Positions 27,734-36,139 of a stretch of 43,248 bases of DNA are shown piece after piece; the stretch's first letter is position 1, and the number at the start of each line of letters is the position of its first letter. This DNA comes from an uncultured Candidatus Saccharibacteria bacterium (GTDB lineage Bacteria; Patescibacteriota; Dojkabacteria; SC72), in the NCBI GenBank assembly GCA_964557565.1, contig CAZLAH010000002.1, positions 17,682 to 60,929 of the forward strand. Direction: 5' to 3'. Position numbers and translations under genes: made by a program. The notes under the pieces are model-generated. The model was given only the letters and a program-made list of their open reading frames with translations. It made no database searches and was not told where the DNA came from.

Positions 27734-29734
27734 TTAATTGGAGATTAAATTGTTGTCAATCATCCATATGATCATTTCTCTTGCCATCCTTACTGCATTA
27801 ATACTTTCACCACCGTCTTCAAGAAATATTGTCAAAACATATTTAGGATTCTCAAAGGGGAAAAATGTCGTAACCCATGCATGAGTATTTTCATACTCTC
27901 CTTTACTGTTTAAAGCTCCAAACTCTGCAGTACCTGTCTTTGCAGCTACCTGTACCTTCAAACCTGAAAGAGTATGGATATTGCCTCTAGGACCATTAAC
28001 TGTACTCCACATTCCCTCTCTAACTGTTTTTAAAGCATCTTTAGACGCTATCTTCGTATATATCGGATCAAATGAAAGATCTTCTTTCTCTTTCTTTTCA
28101 TTTTCAAAACTCTTCGCTAAATGTGGTGTATTCAGTGTCCCTCCATTTGCTATCGCTGAAGTCCAGTTTGCCATTTGCAAAGGTGTAACCAACGTTATAC
28201 CTTGTCCAATGACCGAGTTACAGGAATCTCCTTCAGGATACCAAATCGGTTCCAGCCAAGGACTCGTAGTATTTGCCAAGGCTATCTTGTTCGCAGGCGA
28301 AGGCAACCTACCAGGAGCCTCACCTGGGATATCGATTCCTGTATAGCTACCAATTCCAAATTTCTCTAGGTAAGGTACTAACTTATCCATATCCCAATTC
28401 CTAATTACCTCACAAAAATATATATTTGAGGAAACAGAAATTGCATCTATGAGGTTTAGAACTCCATATGCACTATTTCTGTAATCTTGAAATGGAGCAC
28501 CACTTGAAAAGGTATATCCCCGTCTACTTACATATTTGGTATCACGAGTAATTGCTCCAGCATCCAAAGCTGCTGTAGCAACAATTGTTTTAAATGTAGA
28601 ACCCGGAGGCATTTGAGCAGCAATGGCTTTGTTCATCAAAGGGTTTCTTTTGTCTTTCAAAAGAGAAGAGTAATCCTTCGATGAGATACCTCCCACAAAA
28701 AGATTGTTGTCATAGCTAGGGTAAGAAACCATTCCAAGTATCTCTCCACTATCAACATCTTCAATTACTGCAGCCCCAGCAACTGCAGAATATGTTTTTA
28801 CACCAGATTTAATTACATCATACAATTTCTTTTGAGCATTCATATCTATTGTTAGATACAGATTCTCTCCTGATTCCGGTTCTTTAACTAAGTATCCCTC
28901 TTTGGAAAGAGTTTTACCGAAAGCATCTACTTCCCATGCGATCTCACCACTCGTACCAAGCAATCTTTCATCATATTCCTTCTCTAAACCCGCCTTACCA
29001 ATAACATCAGTAGCTTGTATATATTCATATTTTTCCAAATCCTCTGCAGAAACATCACCCGTATATCCCAAAATATGTGAAAGTATCTTCCCCTCTGGAT
29101 ACTCTCTCTTACTACCATTCTCTATATATACACCAGGAAGATCTTCCATACTCGCTTTTATCTTTATGACTATTTCGTCGTTTAAATCCGAGGCTATGAG
29201 AACCTCCTTAAAATACAAACTCTCCTTGTATATTGAATACACTTTCTCAGAGATACTTCCATACTCCTTAGTACCATCTCCAGAACTCTTCTGCCAAGAA
29301 TCACCAAATATACCTCCTAGGGTAACAGATGTTTTCTCCAATAGCTCAGAATTTATCATCCCCATACTATCCATATAGTGTTCAAGAGCTACGTATACTT
29401 TCATAGAGGGAGAATTCTGTGCTAACAAATTACCATTTCTATCAAAAACAACACCCCTATATGCAGGAACCTTCCTTATCTTAACTTGATTTGTAATTGA
29501 TCGGGAAAGCATTTCTTCTCCTTTTACTATCTGCAATTCTGAGAGATCGATTACCAACAAGGTGAAGAGAAATGCAAAGAGTAAAAAAACAAACATATAT
29601 TTCCAAAGAGGATTCTCTATCTCCTCTCCTTTACCACGAAACACTTCTCTCGCAAAGTATTTAATATCTGGCCTCACAATCCTCATCCTACTTCTCCTTT
29701 TTTCCTCAATTTTTTTAGAGAACTTCAATTCCAT
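27734..29734 (-). CDS. mrdA: Penicillin-binding protein 2 (elongasome transpeptidase)
   Basis: N-terminal TM helix, a dimerisation domain, and the transpeptidase motifs GSTFK, SSN and KTGTA. It lies downstream of mreBCD. Confidence 0.85.
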   Translation of the reverse strand: MELKFSKKIEEKRRSRMRIVRPDIKYFAREVFRGKGEEIENPLWKYMFVFLLFAFLFTLLVIDLSELQIVKGEEMLSRSITNQVKIRKVPAYRGVVFDRNGNLLAQNSPSMKVYVALEHYMDSMGMINSELLEKTSVTLGGIFGDSWQKSSGDGTKEYGSISEKVYSIYKESLYFKEVLIASDLNDEIVIKIKASMEDLPGVYIENGSKREYPEGKILSHILGYTGDVSAEDLEKYEYIQATDVIGKAGLEKEYDERLLGTSGEIAWEVDAFGKTLSKEGYLVKEPESGENLYLTIDMNAQKKLYDVIKSGVKTYSAVAGAAVIEDVDSGEILGMVSYPSYDNNLFVGGISSKDYSSLLKDKRNPLMNKAIAAQMPPGSTFKTIVATAALDAGAITRDTKYVSRRGYTFSSGAPFQDYRNSAYGVLNLIDAISVSSNIYFCEVIRNWDMDKLVPYLEKFGIGSYTGIDIPGEAPGRLPSPANKIALANTTSPWLEPIWYPEGDSCNSVIGQGITLVTPLQMANWTSAIANGGTLNTPHLAKSFENEKKEKEDLSFDPIYTKIASKDALKTVREGMWSTVNGPRGNIHTLSGLKVQVAAKTGTAEFGALNSKGEYENTHAWVTTFFPFENPKYVLTIFLEDGGESINAVRMAREMIIWMIDNNLISN

Positions 29735-29743
29735 ACTATATTA

Positions 29744-30244
29744 CTACCTAAATTTAAGAGCTCCTCCTTTTCGATTACCTCTCAATCTTCTCGCAATGTA
29801 TTCCAAAACAACTAAAAGAAGCAAAGCTACAAAAGACTTCAAAAGAAATGACCAGAAAATATTAATATCTATGTACCCCCAATTACCAAAAGTAAAGACT
29901 TTTTGAAGCATGTAACTTAGTATGTTGAAAAAAAGAAATGTTAACAACTTAAAGACATGAGAAAAGAGACCTGATTCTAAAGCAAAGAACATCGAAAGAA
30001 GATAGTAGAAACAAAGCGAGAGCAAGAAAGACAAAAAAGTAATTCCCAAAGGGATATTTAAAACAACATCTAAAAAGAGAGTTACAAAGAAAGAAAGACT
30101 CAACAATGTCTTAAGATTGACAATCTTGTAGGAAAAAAGAAAAAGTACAAAGAGAATACTAAGACCAAACAAAGAAAGAGAAAAGCTTTCTAAAAAGAAT
30201 AACATGACAAATCCTAATATTCCTAATATGGCATACAAGATCAT
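29744..30244 (-). CDS. mreD: Rod shape-determining protein MreD (by position and topology)
   Basis: 166 aa polytopic membrane protein immediately after mreC. Confidence 0.6.
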   Translation of the reverse strand: MILYAILGILGFVMLFFLESFSLSLFGLSILFVLFLFSYKIVNLKTLLSLSFFVTLFLDVVLNIPLGITFLSFLLSLCFYYLLSMFFALESGLFSHVFKLLTFLFFNILSYMLQKVFTFGNWGYIDINIFWSFLLKSFVALLLLVVLEYIARRLRGNRKGGALKFR

Positions 30245-30260
30245 GGTTATATATATAATT

Positions 30261-31094
30261 TTAATTGTTAATATTTACAAATACTGTCAGAAGACTATCA
30301 TACTCTATGATTGGAGAGACATATGCACTCCTTGAAACCTCTGCGGGATTAGATGACAAATCAACAATATATCCAAGAACTAAATTACGACCTACTTTTG
30401 AATCATTTACAACTACAAGACTCCCATTCACTACATCAGCACTATTTGATATATTTTCAACTTTAATACCTTCTGCAGAACCAGTCACTACGGCTTTGCT
30501 TAAAATCCCCAACTTTCTACCTTTAATAACAGAAGTCCAGTCTCCATCAACGATTACTACCTCTAAGCTATTACTTTTACTATTTGCAAGACGAACAAGA
30601 GAACCATTCTCATCACATTCCCAAATTGTACCAATATATACATTCCCTATTGAGACTATATCTCCGACAGAAATTCCTGCCTTTCGTCCCTTATCAATCC
30701 TCAACGAATCAATTGAGATGTCATTCAAAACCTTTGAGAGAACATATTTATCACTTGAATCTGCAAAATCTATCTGTTTTCTTAGGGCCTCATTCTCTTC
30801 TAAAAGAAGAGCATAATAGGAATTTTCTACCTCTTTCTCGTACAATTTAAGAGATATCTCTTCATATTTCTTTTTAAAATCATCTAACTCAACAATAGCG
30901 TATGCATATGAAGAAATATCTGATCCTGCAACATTAGCAGCATAGTAAATTGGGTGAGCTATATACGAGATACCTTTACGAAGAAAAGAAAGAGCTCCCA
31001 CCCTATCTCCAAGGAAGAAAAACACGATAGTCAGAAAGGCTATTGCAAAAATGGTTACTTCGTTTGAGAGTATATTACTTTTTTTCCTTTTCAT
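30261..31094 (-). CDS. mreC: Rod shape-determining protein MreC
   Basis: N-terminal TM helix, a coiled coil (ALLLEENEALRKQI) and a beta-rich C-terminal region with GISVGDIV. It lies between mreB and mreD. Confidence 0.75.
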   Translation of the reverse strand: MKRKKSNILSNEVTIFAIAFLTIVFFFLGDRVGALSFLRKGISYIAHPIYYAANVAGSDISSYAYAIVELDDFKKKYEEISLKLYEKEVENSYYALLLEENEALRKQIDFADSSDKYVLSKVLNDISIDSLRIDKGRKAGISVGDIVSIGNVYIGTIWECDENGSLVRLANSKSNSLEVVIVDGDWTSVIKGRKLGILSKAVVTGSAEGIKVENISNSADVVNGSLVVVNDSKVGRNLVLGYIVDLSSNPAEVSRSAYVSPIIEYDSLLTVFVNINN

Positions 31095-31110
31095 ATACCA
31101 TTATACAAAG

Positions 31111-32166
31111 TTAAACTAACTCTTCCCAAGACTTCTGAACTCTTTCCAACAGTTCTATATGATCAAGCATTAAAGATGTACCCCTAGCTACAGTAGACAT
31201 TGGATCTTCTACTATCTTAACAGGCATGTTTAATTCGGAAGAAAGATACGAATCTAATCCTAGAATTAATGCACCTCCACCGGTAAGACTCACCCCTGCT
31301 GTGAGAATATCTTTTAAAAGTTCTGGAGGGGTATCCTCAATTGTGTCTTTAATTGCCTCTGTAATTATCGAAATAGAACCCATCATAGCCTCCCTAATCT
31401 CTATACTGCTAATATCTACTGTTTTTGGCAAACCTGTTAAAAGATCTCGACCCTGCACCCCTATCTTTTTCTCTTTCTTCAAAGGCATCGCAGAACCCAT
31501 TGTAATTTTTACATCCTCTGCAGTCCTTTCTCCAATCAACATATTGTATTTGGCTCGAATGTAACTAATAATATCAAGATCCATCTCATCTCCTGCTACT
31601 TTTATTGTTCCATCGACTACAATATCTCCTAAAGAAAAAACCGCAATATCAGTAGTACCACCACCGATATCAATAATCATACTTCCAGAAGCATCTTCTA
31701 TTCTCAAACCAGCACCGATGGCTGCTGCCATAGCTTCTTCAACAATGAATACCTCTCTCGCACCAGCAGTTTTAGTAGCATCGATAACTGCTTGCCTCTC
31801 TACTTCCGTGACTGAAGATGGCACTCCAATGATTACTCTTGGTCTAGGAAGTTTAAATGCCTTACCGAAATAGCTGTGAGATTTATGTATGAAATGATGA
31901 ATCATAGCCTGAGTAGTATCAAAATCAGAAATTACACCATCTTTCAATGGTCTTACTGCAATTATATTTGCAGGTGTTCTTCCAATCATCTGTCTTGCCT
32001 CTTTACCTACAGCAAGAACACTCTTACTCCTTTTATCTATGGCAACAACAGAAGGCTCAGAAACAACAATACCATGATTCCTCATATATACCATAGTATT
32101 TGCAGTACCCAAGTCTATTCCAAGATCATATGTAACTAAACCCCAAAGGGGATCAAATATACCCAT
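31111..32166 (-). CDS. mreB: Rod shape-determining actin homologue MreB
   Basis: DLGIDLGTANTMVY, IIDIGGGTTDIAV, GGGALILGLD. Confidence 0.92.
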   Translation of the reverse strand: MGIFDPLWGLVTYDLGIDLGTANTMVYMRNHGIVVSEPSVVAIDKRSKSVLAVGKEARQMIGRTPANIIAVRPLKDGVISDFDTTQAMIHHFIHKSHSYFGKAFKLPRPRVIIGVPSSVTEVERQAVIDATKTAGAREVFIVEEAMAAAIGAGLRIEDASGSMIIDIGGGTTDIAVFSLGDIVVDGTIKVAGDEMDLDIISYIRAKYNMLIGERTAEDVKITMGSAMPLKKEKKIGVQGRDLLTGLPKTVDISSIEIREAMMGSISIITEAIKDTIEDTPPELLKDILTAGVSLTGGGALILGLDSYLSSELNMPVKIVEDPMSTVARGTSLMLDHIELLERVQKSWEELV

Positions 32167-32204
32167 TTATTCAATAATTAATTATTGGTTGAATTGTATC
32201 ATGG

Positions 32205-32232
32205 AAAAAAAAAGAACACGATACATGTGCTC
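32205..32232 (-). terminator. Rho-independent terminator after rpmB
   Basis: Minus-strand RNA: GAGCAC-AUGUAUC-GUGUUC followed by a run of 9 U. Confidence 0.6.
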
Positions 32233-32264
32233 TTTACTTATACACCCTGAGTATCAAATTACCA

Positions 32265-32474
32265 CTATTGATCCTTCTGAAGCCTTTTGTAACACTTCAT
32301 ACAAACTGTGGCTTTAACCAAAGAACCATCCACCTCTAAATCTATATTTTTTAGATTTGGTTTGAATTGTCTTTTTGACTTTGGTGCTTTATATCTCCAA
32401 GCTACTGAGTGCTTATGTTGGATTCTATTTCCTGCAACCGTAGATTTTCCACAAATTTCGCATACTTTTGACAT
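32265..32474 (-). CDS. rpmB: 50S ribosomal protein L28
   Basis: From the internal Met (ATG at 32472-32474, minus strand): MSKVCEICGKSTVAGNRIQHKHSVAWRYKAPKSKRQFKPNL... The first 14 codons of the track ORF are probably not translated. Confidence 0.85.
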   Translation of the reverse strand: MSKVCEICGKSTVAGNRIQHKHSVAWRYKAPKSKRQFKPNLKNIDLEVDGSLVKATVCMKCYKRLQKDQ

Positions 32475-32532
32475 AACGAGGGTATTATATATAACTAAAT
32501 ACAATCCGTCAAACATAATAACCTGATATAAT

Positions 32533-33168
32533 ATGGAATATATGTTTACATTAAGTGCAGAAACAATCTATTGGATCGCATTTGCTGTCCCATCAATACT
32601 AATTGCGTCTACTGTTCATGAGTATTCTCACGCTTTAGCAGCTTACAAATTGGGAGATGCGACTGCAAAGGCCGAAGGTAGACTTACACTTAACCCATTA
32701 ACACATATCGACCCTCTTGGTGCACTCTGTATGGTTCTCTTTAGATTTGGATGGAGCAAACCAGTGCCAATTAATGAATATAACTTTGAAAGAAGAGAGT
32801 TAGGAACAGCATTAACTGCATTGGCAGGACCGACGTCAAACATACTAATGGCATTACTAGTAGGACTAATCCATTTAATATTTCAGCCTGATATGGACAG
32901 CAAATTGGGATCTTTCCTTTTTACCTTTGCCTTAATTAATATCGCTTTAGCATCATTCAACCTTCTCCCTATTCCTCCTCTTGATGGACACAAAATAGTA
33001 AGAGCAATATTACCGAAAGGTTTACGATATTACTGGGAGAAATTAGAAAAGTTTTCAATAGTATTAATAATATTAATGATCCTTCCTATCCTTCCACAAG
33101 GTTCAATTGCATCCCTCTTCATCTCCACCATCATTTCAAAATCTTTAGACCTTCTTGGTCTCCTTTAA
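32533..33168 (+). CDS. Small M50-family (site-2 protease-like) membrane metalloprotease
   Basis: HEYSHALAAYKLGD (HExxH), NLLPIPPLDGHK, polytopic, 211 aa. Confidence 0.75.
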   Translation: MEYMFTLSAETIYWIAFAVPSILIASTVHEYSHALAAYKLGDATAKAEGRLTLNPLTHIDPLGALCMVLFRFGWSKPVPINEYNFERRELGTALTALAGPTSNILMALLVGLIHLIFQPDMDSKLGSFLFTFALINIALASFNLLPIPPLDGHKIVRAILPKGLRYYWEKLEKFSIVLIILMILPILPQGSIASLFISTIISKSLDLLGLL

Positions 33169-33194
33169 CATCGCCGTTATAGGTCTGAATATAT

Positions 33195-33224
33195 TTGTAT
33201 TACAATGTATTCCCGATGTATAAT
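33195..33224 (+). promoter_or_regulatory. Candidate promoter for the downstream structured RNA
   Basis: TTGTAT (33195-33200), 18 nt spacer, TATAAT (33219-33224). The predicted start falls about at G33230, the first base of the closing helix. Confidence 0.4.
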
Positions 33225-33229
33225 GTATA

Positions 33230-33367
33230 GCTCTAGTGGGAGAAAAAGTGGTTTCATAGCTCCATACTAAAGAGCTCGGGATCCTACAAATCGCTTGACT
33301 CTGTGGAGCCAAGTTGAGGGAACCCACTTAATTGTCAGAGCTCTATGATTCCGCTTCCTGCTAGAGC
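33230..33367 (+). ncRNA. Candidate structured small RNA (~138 nt, rod-like), class unknown
   Basis: A closing helix GCUCUAGUGGGAG (33230-33242) / CUUCCUGCUAGAGC (33354-33367) contains G-U pairs that work only on the + strand. A second helix pairs GUGGUUUCAUAGCUC with GAGCUCUAUGAUUCCGC. The G+C is locally higher than in flanking spacer. No credible ORF is present. Confidence 0.4.
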
Positions 33368-33377
33368 ATTCCTCTCT

Positions 33378-33406
33378 TTGTATTGATTATCTTTGATAAA
33401 TATAAT
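33378..33406 (+). promoter_or_regulatory. Candidate promoter for the tRNA-Thr/tRNA-Tyr pair
   Basis: TTGTAT (33378-33383), 17 nt spacer, TATAAT (33401-33406). This is the same -35 variant as at 33195. Confidence 0.45.
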
Positions 33407-33426
33407 AAACTTCACACTAGATACAA

Positions 33427-33503
33427 GCCGAAGTAGCTCAGTTGGTCAGAGCAACTGTTTTGTAAACAGTAGGTCGAGAGTTCGAATCTCTCCTTCGGCT
33501 CCA
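33427..33503 (+). tRNA. tRNA-Thr (anticodon UGU), CCA encoded
   Basis: GCCGAAG/TA/GCTC-AGTTGGTCA-GAGC/A/ACTGT-TTTGTAA-ACAGT/AGGTC/GAGAG-TTCGAAT-CTCTC/CTTCGGC/T/CCA. Confidence 0.9.
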
Positions 33504-33508
33504 GTTAT

Positions 33509-33591
33509 GCAGAGGTGGCGGAGTGGTCAAACGCATTGGACTGTAAATCCAACTCCTTCGGGATACACAGGTTCAAATCCTGTCCTCTGCA
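33509..33591 (+). tRNA. tRNA-Tyr (anticodon GUA), long variable arm, no encoded CCA
   Basis: GCAGAGG...TTGGA-CTGTAAA-TCCAA, variable arm CTCCTTCGGGATAC, then ACAGG-TTCAAAT-CCTGT-CCTCTGC-A. Confidence 0.88.
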
Positions 33592-33621
33592 GATACATAT
33601 CTAAATTTACTCATAAATATC

Positions 33622-34341
33622 ATGAGTGATTCATTTGGTGTGGTAATTTTCATCATATCGGCCCTACTCTCTCTCTTAACAGCAGGAGGTGCAATATATT
33701 TCATCTTCTATCTAGTTAAGAATAAAGACAAAGGGATCAAGATAACAACAGATTCACTTCTAAAGGTATATCTCTATCTCATATCCTTCATTACATTACT
33801 TGTAGCAGTTGGAGGTGCTGCTGTTTTCCTGAATTCTGCATTCTCTTACAAATTCGGTGTACCCTTCTCATTCAATCTTGAAGAAACCAATGCATATTAC
33901 GACAAAGAAATTGTCGCTCCTGTTGAGAAAGATTATGCTCAACCAGAATGTTACACTGGAGAACCTACTGAAATAGAAGGTCAAAAAGTTTGTTTTAACC
34001 AAGAGGCTCAAAAACAAGGCTTTGTGAATGGTTTGACTATCGCAATTTCAATGATTGTCCTCTTCTTCATACATAAACTAGGTATCTTCCTCTCTGAGAA
34101 AAAGTCAGTTCTTTACTGGTTAAAGAAAACATATACATTTGTATCGTTAATCGTATTCAGTTTAGTTGGAGTTGTAACGATACCAATAGCTGCATACCAA
34201 TTATCAACATACGCATTTTCTAGACCTGAGGATATCACTTTGATTGACCCTCCAGGTTTAGCTCTAGCAACTGTAATATTTGTATTACCAATATGGATAT
34301 ACTTCTTGGTAAGTACAATACGGCTAAAGGAAGAAAAATAG
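33622..34341 (+). CDS. Polytopic membrane protein, unknown function
   Basis: 239 aa with about 5 TM helices and one Cys-containing extracytoplasmic loop (PECYTGEPTEIEGQKVCF). It is embedded between tRNA genes. Confidence 0.5.
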   Translation: MSDSFGVVIFIISALLSLLTAGGAIYFIFYLVKNKDKGIKITTDSLLKVYLYLISFITLLVAVGGAAVFLNSAFSYKFGVPFSFNLEETNAYYDKEIVAPVEKDYAQPECYTGEPTEIEGQKVCFNQEAQKQGFVNGLTIAISMIVLFFIHKLGIFLSEKKSVLYWLKKTYTFVSLIVFSLVGVVTIPIAAYQLSTYAFSRPEDITLIDPPGLALATVIFVLPIWIYFLVSTIRLKEEK

Positions 34342-34369
34342 ATAAGGATATAGTATAATCATTTTCGTC

Positions 34370-34446
34370 GCTGGATTAGCTCAGTTGGTTAGAGCACATT
34401 CATGGTAAGAATGAGGTCCTGAGTTCGACTCTCAGATCCAGCTCCA
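34370..34446 (+). tRNA. tRNA-Thr (anticodon GGU), CCA encoded
   Basis: GCTGGAT/TA/GCTC-AGTTGGTTA-GAGC/A/CATTC-ATGGTAA-GAATG/AGGTC/CTGAG-TTCGACT-CTCAG/ATCCAGC/T/CCA. A TATAAT box lies at 34353-34358. Confidence 0.88.
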
Positions 34447-34449
34447 TCG

Positions 34450-34471
34450 GAGGACAGACCTAGGTCTGACC
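34450..34471. repeat. Palindrome-containing 22-bp repeat, copy 1
   Basis: GAGGACAGACCTAGGTCTGACC. The core CAGACCTAGGTCTG is a perfect 14-bp palindrome. Confidence 0.8.
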
Positions 34472-34560
34472 CTATTGACCCCCAACCTTTATATCCTAAC
34501 CCTGCGAAATGCGACTAGGTTTAGATTAAAACCACATCTTCTCTGACCAACTCTATCGAA

Positions 34561-34582
34561 GAGGACAGGCCTAGGTCTGACC
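34561..34582. repeat. Palindrome-containing 22-bp repeat, copy 2
   Basis: GAGGACAGGCCTAGGTCTGACC, 21/22 identical to copy 1 and 111 bp downstream of it. It ends 12 nt before the -35 of the rpmG promoter. Confidence 0.8.
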
Positions 34583-34594
34583 TTCACAAAGCAT

Positions 34595-34623
34595 TTGACC
34601 TTCCCTACATTTTCCAATATAAT
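34595..34623 (+). promoter_or_regulatory. Near-consensus sigma70-type promoter of rpmG-tRNA-Trp-secE-nusG
   Basis: TTGACC (34595-34600), 17 nt spacer, TATAAT (34618-34623). Confidence 0.6.
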
Positions 34624-34667
34624 ACGAAGTATTTCCCAATATATACTAATTTTGATCCCTGAGGAAA

Positions 34668-34832
34668 ATGGCTAAAGTAAAAAGAGATATGATTGCTTTT
34701 AAGTGCGAAAAATGTGCAGAAAAGAACTACACAGCATTTAAAACAAAGAATATAACTGGAAAAATGGAGACAAAGAAGTACTGTTCTAAGTGCAAAGAGC
34801 ACACAGTACATAAGGAGACTAAAATAAAGTAA
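34668..34832 (+). CDS. rpmG: 50S ribosomal protein L33 (Cys4 zinc-ribbon form)
   Basis: Own translation (the ORF is below the track cutoff): MAKVKRDMIAFKCEKCAEKNYTAFKTKNITGKMETKKYCSKCKEHTVHKETKIK. It occupies the classic position before tRNA-Trp-secE-nusG. Confidence 0.88.
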   Translation: MAKVKRDMIAFKCEKCAEKNYTAFKTKNITGKMETKKYCSKCKEHTVHKETKIK

Positions 34833-34851
34833 ACCGCTCTTTACCTAATAC

Positions 34852-34926
34852 GGGCCCATAGTTTCAATGGTAAAATAGCGGTCTCCAAAACCGTGGTTCT
34901 CCGTTCGAATCGGAGTGGGCCTGCCA
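34852..34926 (+). tRNA. tRNA-Trp (anticodon CCA), CCA end encoded
   Basis: GGGCCCA...GCGGT-CTCCAAA-ACCGT...CTCCG-TTCGAAT-CGGAG-TGGGCCT-G-CCA. Confidence 0.88.
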
Positions 34927-34937
34927 AAAATAAAAAT

Positions 34938-35111
34938 ATGAAAAGCATAAAGAATATAATAACAGAACTAAAAGCAACCAAGTGGCCATCAAAGGTAGCA
35001 ATACTCCAGATGACAGTATATACAATAATATTATGTGGTATACTTGCAGCCATTATGGTAGGACTAGACCTTGTACTTTTTGAAATACGAGACTGGTTTC
35101 TTAATATTTAA
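34938..35111 (+). CDS. secE: Preprotein translocase subunit SecE (single-TM form)
   Basis: From the ATG at 34938: MKSIKNIITELKATKWPSKVAILQMTVYTIILCGILAAIMVGLDLVLFEIRDWFLNI. The upstream part of the track ORF overlaps tRNA-Trp. Confidence 0.8.
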   Translation: MKSIKNIITELKATKWPSKVAILQMTVYTIILCGILAAIMVGLDLVLFEIRDWFLNI

Positions 35112-35121
35112 TTGATCTAAA

Positions 35122-35679
35122 ATGACAAAAGAAGCAAAAAACAAAAAAGAGAACCCTAATGCAAAATGGTATGTATTAAACATTAGAACTGGATATGAGA
35201 ATAGCATTCAAAAGGAAATAAAGCAGAGAGCAGAAGCAACTGGTATGCAAGACCAAATTGTAGAAATATTGGTACCTGTACAGAAGAAAATCTTTGTAAA
35301 AAAAGGCAAACAAGATATAAAAGAAGAGAAGATTTTTCCTGGATATGTACTCATAAAGATGGAATTAGACAACAAAACATGGGATTTAGTTCAAAACACA
35401 GAAGGAGTAAGAGGCTTTGTTAAAACAGATAGATACCCAAAGCCATTAGCAGAATCAGAAGTAAAAGCTATTACAAAATTCATGGAAGTAGAACAACCTT
35501 CATATCAGTCATCCTTTAGTGTTGGAGAGGCTGTTAAAATTACAGAGGGTGCATTTGCAGATTTCATTGGTAGCGTACAGGAAATAGATACAACTAAGGG
35601 TAAGATAAAAGTCCTCATCTCATTCTTAGGAAGAGAAGCGCCGGTGGAATTAGAACTATCACAAGTAACAAAACTTTAA
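35122..35679 (+). CDS. nusG: Transcription termination/antitermination factor NusG
   Basis: NGN domain KWYVLNIRTGYENSIQKEI and KOW domain GEAVKITEGAFADFIGSVQEID. Confidence 0.9.
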   Translation: MTKEAKNKKENPNAKWYVLNIRTGYENSIQKEIKQRAEATGMQDQIVEILVPVQKKIFVKKGKQDIKEEKIFPGYVLIKMELDNKTWDLVQNTEGVRGFVKTDRYPKPLAESEVKAITKFMEVEQPSYQSSFSVGEAVKITEGAFADFIGSVQEIDTTKGKIKVLISFLGREAPVELELSQVTKL

Positions 35680-35696
35680 TTGAACTTTAAACAAAC

Positions 35697-36122
35697 ATGG
35701 CAAAACCAATTAAGAAAGTAATCAAGATAACAATACCAGCAGGAATGGCTACTATGGCACCTCCAATAGGTCCTACCCTAGCCCCTTATGGTATAAATGC
35801 TCAAGATTTCTGTGCTCAATTCAATGAGAAAACAAGAGAAAGTAATGGAATTCTTACTCCTGTAATTTTAACAATCTATGACGATAGATCTTTCTCATTC
35901 ATTTTGAAAACTCCCCCTACTTCCGAATTAATCCGAAGAGAGTTAAAAATCAAAAGAGGATCTGAGAAACCAAACTTAAACAAGGTTGGAAAACTCTCAA
36001 AAGAGCAATTACAAAGAATAATTGAAATAAAAATGCCCGATCTAAACACTACCAACACAGAGCAAGCAGCTAAGATCATAGCTGGAACTGCAAAACAGAT
36101 GGGTGTGGAGGTAGAACTTTAA
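35697..36122 (+). CDS. rplK: 50S ribosomal protein L11
   Basis: IKITIPAGMATMAPPIGPTLAPYGINAQDFCAQFNEKT... Confidence 0.92.
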   Translation: MAKPIKKVIKITIPAGMATMAPPIGPTLAPYGINAQDFCAQFNEKTRESNGILTPVILTIYDDRSFSFILKTPPTSELIRRELKIKRGSEKPNLNKVGKLSKEQLQRIIEIKMPDLNTTNTEQAAKIIAGTAKQMGVEVEL

Positions 36123-36139
36123 TTAACACAGATATCAAT

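Noticed and set aside
30265-30816. 183-aa plus-strand ORF (and 30584-30850)
   Set aside because: It is antisense to mreC within the conserved mreBCD-mrdA operon, with no independent support.
33230-33367. Naming the structured RNA as SRP (4.5S) RNA, 6S RNA, tmRNA or RNase P RNA
   Set aside because: I found no GNRA-capped helix-8 with the AGCA/GGAA asymmetric-loop signature. There is no tRNA-like end plus tag ORF, and no GAGGAAAGUCC-type RNase P motif. The length (~138 nt) is short for 6S. It is kept only as an unclassified candidate.
33393-33629. 78-aa ORF
   Set aside because: It runs straight through tRNA-Thr(UGU) and tRNA-Tyr, so it is an artefact of ORF calling.
34475-34503. A promoter after palindrome copy 1 (TTGACC at 34475-34480)
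   Set aside because: No acceptable -10 hexamer lies at 16-19 nt spacing. Only the TTGACC after copy 2 has a properly spaced TATAAT.
34605-35053. Minus-strand ORFs 34605-34811 and 34841-35053
   Set aside because: They are antisense to rpmG and to tRNA-Trp/secE respectively. The plus-strand genes are well supported by sequence and by synteny.
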